Positions 25,340 through 35,615 of a stretch of DNA of 64,000 nucleotides are shown here, one piece after another. A model generated the notes under the pieces. That model had not been told where the DNA came from and searched no databases. It saw only the letters and a program-made list of their open reading frames with translations. Made by a program: the position numbers and the translations under genes. The number at the start of each line of letters is the position of its first letter. Positions within the stretch are counted from its first letter, which is position 1. Source of the DNA: Lama glama (taxonomy: Eukaryota); NCBI GenBank assembly GCA_028534125.1, contig CM052816.1, positions 41,170,001-41,234,000 on the forward strand, written 5' to 3'.

Positions 25340-26352
25340 CACAATTATCATTCTTCCTGGTGCAGACATTTAAGATCTAGTCTCTTAGCAACTTTCACAT
25401 GTGATACAGTGTTGTTATCTATAATCACAGTGACGTGCACTAGATCTCCAGCCCTTATTCATCTTCTAACTGGAAATTTGTACCCACAATACCTACTCAG
25501 TTCTTTCATTCCCCCAGCCTCTGGTAACCACCATTCTACTCTGAGTTCAGCTTTTTTCAGTTCCATACATAAGTGAAACCATACCATTTTATCTTTCTCT
25601 GATTCAGTCTCCCTCAGCACCATGCTCTCAGGGTCCATCCATGGATGGCAGGATGTTCTTCTTTCCCATGGCTGAATAATATTCTATTATACATACACAT
25701 ATACCACATCTTCTTTATCCACTGACAGACACTTCAGTTGTTTCTGTACCTTGGCTATTCTGAATAACACTGTACCGAACAGGGGAGTGCAGGTATCTTT
25801 TGACATCCTGTTTTTATTGCCTTCAAATGTACACCCAGATGTGAAATAGCTGGATAATAGTTTTTAACATTTTGAGGAACCTCCATACCATTTTCCAATA
25901 TAAATTGGCAGTGTAACGTTCCCACCAACAGTCCACACGGTTTCTCCTTTCTCCACACCCTCCCCAGCACTTGCCATCTGTTGTCTCTGATGACAGCCAT
26001 TCTAATAGATGTGAGGTGATCTCTCATTGTGGTTGATTTGCATTTCCCTGATGATTAGTGATGTTGAGTATCTTTCCATGTATCTGTCAGCCATTTGTAT
26101 ATCTTATTCGGAAAAATGTCTATTTAGTTCCTCTGCTCATTTTTTTAATCAAATATTTTTGTTTTGTTGCAGAGTTCTACGAGTTCTTTACGTATTTTGA
26201 ATATGATATGTTATACATGGTCATGTGATGTGTTAGAGGTGTTCGGTAATGCTACGGTGGCTATCACATTGCAATATGTAAATGTATCAAATCAGCACAC
26301 TACATGCTTAAATGTACAATTCTATGTTAATTACATCTTATAAATAAATAAA
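25340..26352. mobile_element. L1 (L1MA-type) with 5' inversion: antisense body 25340-26200, sense 3' terminus ~26220-26352
   Basis: Antisense 3' UTR/ORF2 end (ccattctaatagatgtgaggtgatctctcattgtggttgatttgcatttccctgatgattagtgatgttgag) followed by a sense terminus (atgtgatgtgttagaggtgttcggtaatgctacggtggctatcacattgc...ataaataaataaat). Confidence 0.8.
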
Positions 26353-26984
26353 TGGGCTCTGAGTCAATACTACCAGAAAAAACAATATATTGAACTATGG
26401 CTGATCTATGGGCAGAGAGTTGAGAGATCCTAGTATTTAGTGATGCTTTATCTTTGACTTATCAACTGGATGAACCCTAAAAATCTCCCCAAAATAAAAC
26501 ATACACATAATATACACACATGGATGTCTCTTCTACACATGTGTAGTGTTGGCCACTTTTTTGTTTCTCTTTCTCATACTGAATGAATCAATAAGCAAAC
26601 AGCAGCTGCAGGTGGACGTTTTCTACCTTACTGCCAAAAAAGTGAAAAGTTAAACACTCAAAGACTTATCTTTCTAGACCCATTATGAAGAGGTATCTGC
26701 TTGTAAGATTTGTGATGATTGGTGAAGTAACTGACTTACATCGTGGTATCTGATTTCAAGGCCCTATTGACATCTATAGAACAAGACTGAGCCTTAAACA
26801 CCTTTGACTACAAGATGATCTGTATCATTAAGGAGTTTCCAATCTGGTCAGAAAAAACAAGGCACACAAAAAAGAAAGGTAACTGTGATATAAATCATTC
26901 ATCCAATGATACTGGAAGGGCTGGTAAAATTGTTACCAAATGTTAGAAAATGTGGTACCAATGTATCCGGGAACAAGAATGGAT

Positions 26985-28200
26985 ATAAGGGTTTGGGGAC
27001 TCCAGGTAAATAATCATCTCCACCATTCCTAACTTCATGAACTTGCACAAATTACTTAAGCTCTCACTCTTTTCATTTGTACTTAGGAAATATTTTACTG
27101 CACAAAATTTACATTAGTTACATATGATGAAAAGCATGGCAAAAACAACCTTTTATTAATCTATTTTTACTTTGAGATTTTCTGTGAAAAGTTAAGATTT
27201 CCTAACAGTCTCAGAGAATACAAGTTTTATATAGGCGTTTAACAGTTGCATTGGTACTAAGTGTCTTGGGACATAAGGTATAAAACTGAAAACAGATCCA
27301 AGAAGCGCAGGGGGAAGACCACTGCCGAAGAGTAATCGCCACGAACTCGGCATTTTCCACGGCAAGGCAGCCGCGGTGGGGTCATCGCGCTGCACACATG
27401 GTTTGATTATCTGCAGCCACTCATTAAGATACTCAACAAGACCTAATGCATCTGGGATATTTTCTTCCAAAACAAACTTGAGCAGAACCGCCACTGGGAT
27501 GTCCTTCGAACAGCCTTCGTCACAGAGCGTTTTTGTTATGCCTCCGCCAGGAATACGGACACAAAGCTCAGACTCGTCTATCTCAGGAATGCATGCGGTT
27601 TTTTCCATTTCTTCCCAGTTAAGGCTCTGTATTTTATTCTGAACACTTTTTTGCATAGAAGGTGTGAGTAGGTGCCTGAAGGGAGTACTGCAGAGCTGCA
27701 GGTCGTTGCGGTGATAGGAGTGACTGCTGGAGAGAACCACCACCTTGGCACAGCCGCTGCTCTTCACCCAGGAGAGCAGCTTCTCACAGAATGGCTTTGA
27801 TTTATACTTAATAAAAATGGATCTTAACTGAAGAGTTTCCTTGAAGGCAGCGCATACACTTCAGCATTTGTACTGAGCTCTGTTGAATTTTCCTCCGCAG
27901 TCGCATATGGATTGTTTCCAACCATCGGCACAAGACAGTCGGTGTAGAAGTAACCAATCTTACACATATTCAGCGTGGAAATAATCAGATCGATTGCCAG
28001 CTGGCCGACATTTCCAACAGACACTACTGGCATCCGGAGCACGCACCCTGCGGGGATCGGGAAGAGCAGGCGGCTGGAACCTCGGCCTTCATTTGTAAAT
28101 TAAATACACCACCACCTTGCTCATAGTGTTACTATGGAGATCAAATGAAATGTTTGTGAAAACACCTATCATAGGTTCCTGCCACATTAGAAGAGTTAAA
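26985..28200 (+). mobile_element. MIR SINE split by the PSMG2 retrocopy (halves ~26985-27081 and 28088-28200)
   Basis: Left half catgaacttgcacaaattacttaagctctcactcttttcatttgta; right half ttcatttgtaaattaaatacacc...catagtgttactatggagatcaaatgaaatg. Joined, they form a continuous MIR core. Confidence 0.7.
27082..28087 (-). pseudogene. PSMG2: Processed pseudogene (retrocopy) of proteasome assembly chaperone 2
   Basis: ORFs 27824-28042 and 27192-27767 translate to MPVVSVGNVGQLAIDLIISTLN...YALPSRKL and ...VVVLSSSHSY...IPGGGITKTL...WKMPSSWRLLFGSGLPPAL, matching PSMG2/PAC2 as I recall it, with no introns and with a 3' UTR. TSD ttcatttgta at 27072-27081 and 28088-28097. Lesions: no N-terminal ATG, frameshift at ~27834, 3-nt deletion at ~27462, native stop replaced by GGA at 27297-27299. 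Confidence 0.96.
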
Positions 28201-30989
28201 TAGTTTTCGAAAAAGGAGGGCGCAAATGGGACTTTTTTGAAGGGAATATACACTTTAGATTCTAAAACCAGTTATTTACAACTCTCAGGTCAAGGTTGAA
28301 GTTAAGCAGAAAAATCTCAGAAAAACTGTTTTGATATAGGGTATCTACTGTGGACAAAATGAACAGGATTACCCAGAAGGGAACAAGGAAAAGGCCGACA
28401 CTAGGTTTTAAGCCGTCTTCTTCATATGAACAGAGTTCTGCAGAGCTAAACGTGGGGATGTCCCATGGTTTTCCCCCAAGAGATTTTTACTTAACGTATC
28501 CTTTACCCACAAGGACAAGTACGCTAGGACTCGTCTACCACCTCAAACTGACCATAAGTCTACAGGTTATTTCTGGAAACAATCTATTTACATTCAATAA
28601 AATTGCTTTAAGACAATATGAACAGTATTTGTCTAATTCATTTAAGTAAATGTAATGGCCTCTAAAAATTACAAAGACCTTTTTCTGAGTGCCTCTATGA
28701 TATTAAATGTGTGTATTTTATCTATTATTTATATGTTTATTATCCAGATATTCTGATAAATATTTAACATTGTGACTCACCAGTGAACCTTTTTATCTTA
28801 ATCTTTCAGGATCTCTCTCATCTGCCTTTGCTTACTGCTTTATCTCAAGTACCTTAAAGGGTTCCCAGCACACAACAGATGTCCAATAAACGTGTGCACA
28901 CTGAATGGACCAGTAATACTACCTTTCAGAGCTAACTCATGACAAGAACCCCACCTCTTTTCTCCACGTAGTTCAGCAATATTTTGTTTCACTAATTTGT
29001 CTTCTGAAATTATGTCTCTTCTAAGGAATATTTTCAGTGTATAATATGGAACAGTATTTACTGATATACTTTGGACCACAAAAGTCAGGACTCCCAGAAA
29101 AGTAAATTTGAGATAGTCAGACTTTTTAGTTTGGATATAATAGAAAAAGTATGTACTATTTATGCAAATATTCAATTTTCTACATTTTCTTTGTTTATAT
29201 CCATGTATTTAATATAAGAGTCCCCCACCAAAACAGCAATAACTCCTAACTATAAAACCTCTTATGTAAATAACAGGCTGTCCCCTACATGGTATATTCT
29301 GTGTTCCCAGAGACGTAAAAATCAAATATTTTCTATTAACACATTTTCTAATATGAAAGTTTCTATACCCAGAAAGGGTAAATTATAAAATTATCATTCA
29401 CCATTTGGCTACTATTCTTTGATAAATATCCAGAATTTCACACTTCTAAACATGTGTTTGCTGTTGGTTTCTATTTAGACAGAGTACACAAATTAGACGG
29501 AGGCTTAAGTTTCCTCATCGTTTGGTATTATTAATAATGTCTGTCTCAGTTACATCATGAGAAACTTTAGTTTCTAAGCTAATCATAATTATTTATTTTA
29601 CTTAATATATGCATTAAGCAAAAAAAGCTGGAACAGAAGATAACTAGAGGAGTGACAGGTTGGCTGTATGCAGTATAAACGGGAAGCAAGTTGTGGGGAA
29701 TAACGAACAGCTTGGCTTTTCTTTGTAGTTTGACCTTTTTTCTGGAGAATTTGCTACTGTAAAAGCGCCTCTACAGTAATCATGTATACAAAAATATATT
29801 TATAAATTATGTAATACTATATAATTTCAATGTTATGTATAGCTCTTTCTCTAAACTAGAACATAGACCCCAATTCTGCATGTTAAACTACTTATAATTT
29901 TATTCTGCCAACTATTTTTTTGTTATGTTATAATACGAAACTAGAAGTAAAGGATCTTCTTATCTCTAGACCTGGAGTTCCAATATTATTTTTACATTAG
30001 AAATTCAGAAAATAATTTTGATTATGTTATGAAACTTTTATAATAGTGAGAACATTTCTAAGCAGTTAACCGTTAAAATGTCACTGCTTCCTTGTTACAC
30101 TGAAGTACTGCATTCCTTCATTATTAAAGCCTTAAGATTTTTAATTTTTTAATGTTTTTTATTTCTATTATTGGATATTAATATCCAATATCTATTTGTG
30201 AGCATGGCCAGGAATTTTTATACACAATCTCATCTTTAAAAAAATTTTTTAACATTAAAAGCAAAGTTGTTTCTTTGGGATCCCACTAATTTTGGCTTTG
30301 TGATAACATCAGACAAGGACTACCCAGTGCGTGTGATAAATATTTGCAAAACAAACTTAACACTGCAAACCCCATGTGATCTAATTAGTAAAACAGTCTG
30401 AATAAATATTTAGTAGCACAAGCGCTGTCATTCCTGAATGTATGATGAATCCATATAGCTCTGTGTCTTTTGGTGTTTGTCAGTTGCTAAAGGCAACAGT
30501 GAACACAGCAAACCAGAGACCTGGCACTCATTACACTATTACACCATCTAGTGTAACAGTGCTGATCACAGTAGTGGAAGCAGTGATAAGCATCACACAT
30601 CTCTGAGAATGGCTGGTTACAGAAAGAGCTGGTATATTTAAGCCACACCTTACCTTCCAGAAGAAAACTACAAACACATTAACTTCTTAGTGCCTATTTT
30701 ATGCTAGAATTTTATATGCATTATTGGAAATACTGCTTTGCAACAATCTTATAAGGTAATCACTAATATTCCTAATTTAAACATGAGTGAAGTTCACACA
30801 GTTTGTGTTACTTGTCCTGGGTTGTTTAACTATTAAGTAGTAGAGCCAAGTTCCCATGTTCCATATGTATTTTTAGTTAATAGACTTAAGTCACATCTTT
30901 GGATTCCCTTTAAGATTAATTTCTAAAAGAATTTCCACTAGAGATTTGTGGAATTTTCCTTTGTTAGATACTTATTCCTTTATCTCTTC

Positions 30990-32062
30990 AGATAGCAGTT
31001 TATTGAATAAACTTGAAACAAATGTCTGTACTGGGTTCTAGAAATAGGAAATTAGTAATGCATAGTCTCTGCCCCTGCAGAGCTTGTAGTCCAATAAAAA
31101 GAGAGGCTGGTATGTGTATGTGTGTGTATGCATGCATGTGTGCACGGGTGTTTGTGTGTAAAAACGTTATAGTGCTAAGACCAAATTATTTTCAGGGAAC
31201 AGTCTAATCAGAGGGGGAGAAACATCAGTTTCTGTGAGTTAAGACTTCAGAGAGAAAGTGATATTTGTGTTGAATCTCAAATAAAGACTTAGATGAAATA
31301 AAGGGAGTGAAAAGGTCACAGACATGAGAATTACAGAACATGGCACATTAGGGAACTGCAATAGTTTGGTAGATTTTGTATACAGGCTAGGGGTGGTTTC
31401 AAAAGGTGAGTAGGGACCAGGTTATGAAAGGTCGTTTATATCCTGTTCCATAACTGGACCACTCTACAGTGGTCTTTTAAGTGTTTTAAGCAAAGCAGTA
31501 ATACAGTATAACTTGTGTTTGGAAGGATCAATCTGTGATAATGTGAAGAATGGTATGTGGATCTCTCAAGGCACAAGGCATAGAGATCAGTTAGCAGAGT
31601 ATTTCAATGGTCCAGGAACAAGTGAAAGTCAGAGATAAAGCATCACCAGTAGAGCCAAAGAGGAGAGGAGAGATACAAGACATTAACGAAGTACAATCGC
31701 CAGACCCTGATCACCAAGCATATTTTAGGACTGAGAGGAAAGGAAGACTGAAGATAACACCAGGCTCCGGAGGTTGGGATGGGGTATTTCAACAGCAGTT
31801 CATTTCTATAGGAAATGTAAGAAAAAGATTAGACTTAGTAAACTAAAAAAAAATGTGCTGTATACTGTTATACTATATATATGTATTTACATGCAATGTA
31901 GTGTGTATGTGCAATCAAACTAATAAAAAATAAAATTTTAAAAAATGTATTTAAAGGCAAAGTTACAGTTTTGGATAGGTTGATTTCAGGAAATCAGACA
32001 CCCAGCTGGTTAGATACACAGCAGGCAGTTGGAATATAAATCTAAAGCTGAGAAGAAGAGTC
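30990..32062 (-). mobile_element. L2 3' region
   Basis: gtttattgaataaacttg...tctgcccctgcagagcttgtagtccaat; aagcaaagcagtaatacagtataacttgtgtttggaaggatcaatctg; caggcagttggaatataaatctaaagctgagaagaagag. Confidence 0.75.
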
Positions 32063-32072
32063 TAACACTAAA

Positions 32073-32255
32073 CTTTTTTTTTAATTATTTAAGAATAATC
32101 GATTTACAGTGTTGTGTTAATTTCTGGTGTATAGCTTAGTGATTCATTTACATATATACATATTTATATATACTTTTTCATATTTTTTTATTAAAGGCCA
32201 TTATAAGGTATTGAATATAGTTCCCTGCATTGTATAGTAGGACTTTGTTGTTTAG
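32073..32255 (-). mobile_element. 5'-truncated artiodactyl-type L1 3' end
   Basis: Poly(T) then gatttacagtgttgtgttaatttctggtgtatagc...attgaatatagttccctgc. TSD taacactaaa at 32063-32072 / 32256-32265. Confidence 0.9.
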
Positions 32256-32362
32256 TAACACTAAATTCTTACCCAGACTGCACTGACCTGATGTTTCTGC
32301 AATGTGGTTAATGCTTTTTTTAATCTTAGGCTCACTGACTGCTTGTTTAAAAATGAGCTTCT

Positions 32363-32408
32363 ACCAGAAACTGTAAATCAACTATACTTCAATTAAAAAA
32401 AAAAAGAA
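32363..32408 (+). mobile_element. Minimal L1 3' tail (~46 bp)
   Basis: accagaaactgtaaatcaactatacttcaatt plus poly(A). TSD aaaaatgagcttct (32349-32362) / aaaaattagcttct (32409-32422). Confidence 0.8.
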
Positions 32409-32489
32409 AAAAATTAGCTTCTGAATTTTCCAGCAATTTGATAAGCTCACCCTCCTCCCAGTGATGACAGGTTTGGTCTAGTTGATTTG

Positions 32490-32720
32490 AAGATACTGTG
32501 CTCAGTAAAGCAATCCTAAAATACAATTAGAGTTAATCTCAACTCTGTCATTAATTTTCAATGTGACCTTAGGGCACTTATTTAACCTTCCTTTGGTTTT
32601 AGTGTCCCCAGCTGCAAAATGCAAATAGTGTAATACAAGCTAACACACCGAGCTAAGGGTAAGAAAACGAATATAAACTTTACTAAAGTGCTTAGTAAAT
32701 AGAAAATCTTATATAAATGC
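32490..32720 (+). mobile_element. MIR SINE
   Basis: atgtgaccttagggcacttatttaaccttcctttggttttagtgtccccagctgcaaaatg. Confidence 0.7.
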
Positions 32721-33114
32721 TAATCCAAATATATTTCCCATTTTATCACTGTGCTGATAATAGCTTAGAAAGGAAAGAGGCGACAGGCACAAAGTACTAC
32801 TCTACGATAGTTTGCAAAGTAAAAGAAAAAGTGGGATAAAATGCATACGCAACACCCTCTAATGCATTATCTATATATTATCTAGTAATTCTGACTAGTA
32901 GCTAAAAGTTCTTATGAGTTTCTGTGAGCTACCATGATTGGATTGTGCAGTCATCAGCCCCTCACCCATAGAAAACAGCAGTCCTGCCTGTGACACACTG
33001 GCTCTTAGTGTACATGGGAACCAGACTCATTATCCTGCATTCTTGGTCATTCATATAAGATGTTCACTGAGCTAAGATGCCAGCAGAATTATTGGTTTAA
33101 AATAGATGCTCAAA

Positions 33115-34063
33115 CAGAAAACAGACTCATAGACATAGAAAACAAATTTATGGTTACCAAGGCAGAAAGAGGGTGGGGAGGGATAAATTGGGAGTTTGAG
33201 ATTTGCAGATACTAACAACTCTGTAAAAAATAAACAAGTTTCTACTGTAGAGCACAGGGAACTATATTCAATATCTTGTAGTAACCTATAATGGAAAAGA
33301 ATATGGACTGGATGGAGTGTGGAGAAAAGGGAACACTCCTACACTGCTGGTGGGAATGTAGTTTGGTGCAGCCATTATGGAAAACAGTATGGAGATTCTT
33401 TAAAAGACTAAAAATAGGTTTACCATACGATCCAGCAATCCCAGTTCCGGGCATATATCCAGAAGGAACTCTAATTCAAAAAGATACATGCACCCCAATG
33501 TTCATAGCAGCACTATATACAATAGCCAAGACATGGAAGCAACCTAATGTCCATCCATAGATGACTGGAGAAAGAAGTTGTGGTATATTTATACAATGCA
33601 ATATTACTCAGCCATTAAAAAGAATTAAAATAATGCCATTTGCTGCAACATAGATGGACCTGGAGATCGTCATTCTAAGTGAAGTAAGCCAGAAAGATAA
33701 AAGAAAAATGCCGTATGATATTGCTTACATGTGGAATCTAAAAAAATGGACACAAATGAACTTACTTACAAAACAGAAACAGACTTGCAGATATATAAAA
33801 CAATCTTATGGTTACCAGGGAAAAGGGGGTGGGAAGGGATAAATTTGGGAATTTGAGATTTGCAAATGATAACCACTATATATAAAAATAAATTTTTTCT
33901 GTATAGCACAGGGAACTATATTCATTATCTTGTAATAACATTCAATGAAAAATAATATGAATATGAATATATGCATATATATGCATGACTGAAACATTAT
34001 GCCGTACACTAGAAATTGACACATCGTAAACTGAATATACTTCAATTTAAAAAAAAAAAAAAA
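33115..34063 (+). mobile_element. Composite of two artiodactyl-type L1 3' segments (33115-33305 and 33306-34063) under one TSD
   Basis: The second piece encodes the ORF2 C-terminus ([23 protein letters not shown]), then 3' UTR and poly(A). The first piece is homologous to ~33770-33960. TSD aaaatagatgctcaaa (33099-33114) / agaatggatgctcaaa (34064-34079). Confidence 0.88.
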
Positions 34064-34712
34064 AGAATGGATGCTCAAAGAGCTAGAAATCAGAGAGTTC
34101 CTGTAAAGATAAGGAGTCAGTCCATCTGGGAAATATCTATGTACACAGTCCTGAATAACTCTGTCCTCAGAGCCAAAGCCTAACGGGGTATGAATTGTTT
34201 TGAAAGTTGACTTTCCTAGATGTTGTTCTTGACAAATGCTTCTCCAATCTCCATTCTCCTTTGCTCTTCCTTGCTGCCTGCTCCCTGACTTTCCTTGGGA
34301 GAGATCAGGCATGTGGAGCTGGAGATGCACCAGAGAGCCACACCTCAGCAGAAATGACTTCTGGAAGGCTCCCAGTGCCAAATGAGCTGCTTCAAGGTTG
34401 AGCTCCCAGAGCACATGGCAATTTTAGAAACCTACCATGCCTTCCTATTTCAAAATTCTTTGAAGCCTGTACCCCAAATCTGTCAGCTGCACCCCAAAAA
34501 CAAATTTTTGAGTCATTTATTTTTAGAAATGCTTATTAAATATCTGTCTCAGCACCATGCTGGTTATTGGAGTTATGAAGAGGATTTTAAGTTTTTAGAG
34601 GAGTTCACAAAAGAATGTTAATTAAAGAGTACTAACACTGTCTGAGGATTTTTACATGCCAGGAACTCTATCTGCTAGGCTACACTCTTTAATAGTTGTC
34701 TAAATGCAATGG

Positions 34713-35160
34713 TGTATATATTAGTTTTCTAGGACTGCCATAACAAATTACCATGAACTTAGTGGCTTACAAGAGAAATGTATTCTCTCACAGGCCAGTA
34801 ATCCAAAATCAATGCGTTGTCAGGTTTGGTTTCTCTTGGAGACGCTGAGAAACATTATCAGTTCCATGCCTCTCTCCTTGCTTCTGCTGGCTGCCTGGCC
34901 ACCCTAGGTATCCCTTGGCCTGTAGGTGCACCACTCCCATCTCTGCCTCCATTTTCACCTTCCCTCCTGTGTCTCTGTATGTCCTTTTTTTCTAGTTGGA
35001 GAAACCCTTTGGATTTAGGGTCCACCCTAATCCAGTACAATTTCATCTCAATCCTCACTTTAATTATATCTCCAAAGAATATTTACAAATAAAGTCGCAT
35101 TCTGAGGATCTGCATAGGTAAGAATTTGGAGGTAGGGGACCCTACTCAATTCACATTAAG
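34713..35160 (-). mobile_element. MaLR MLT1A-C-type LTR
   Basis: tattagttttctaggactgccataacaaattaccatgaacttagtggctta...tggatttagggtccaccctaatccagtac...aaataaagtcgcattctgagg. Confidence 0.85.
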
Positions 35161-35194
35161 ATATACATAAGATCATTACAGCTGAGGAGACTGA

Positions 35195-35615
35195 GGTAAG
35201 TAACTTCTTTTAGGATGCTGCATAACAAACTAAGTGGCTTAAAACAGAAAACAGATTATTATTCACATAATTGTGATCATCTGTGCCATTCTTTTCAATT
35301 AGCTTGGCTGGCGCTGGACAGCGTAGCATATTACCTCACTCAAATGTCTGGCGGTTACCTCAGTGTCACCTGGGGCTGAAAGGATGACTTGGCCAAGGGT
35401 CTCTCTTTATTCAGTAGAGTAGCCTGGGCTTATTCACAGGGTTCACAAGAGCAGCAAAAGAACAAATCCCAATAGACAAGAGACAAGCAGAGTCCTGAAA
35501 AGCATTATTTGCTTACGTCTCATTGGCCAAAGCAAGTCATGTGGCAAAACCCAGAATCAATGTGGAAAGGGACTACCCAGTGGTCTGATACAAGGAAGGG
35601 AATTATTGCAGGGGT
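35195..35615 (-). mobile_element. Older MaLR MLT1-type LTR
   Basis: gctgcataacaaactaagtggcttaaaacag...gtctcattggccaaagcaagtcatgtggcaaaacccagaatcaatgtggaaaggg. Confidence 0.75.

Noticed and set aside
33291..33560. 89-aa ORF with a recognisable protein motif
   Set aside because: It is the C-terminus of L1 ORF2 in a truncated element, not a host gene.
33812..34414. 200-aa minus-strand ORF, the longest in the track
   Set aside because: Runs from unique sequence through the antisense L1 poly(A) tail; no recognisable domain, so likely a chance ORF.
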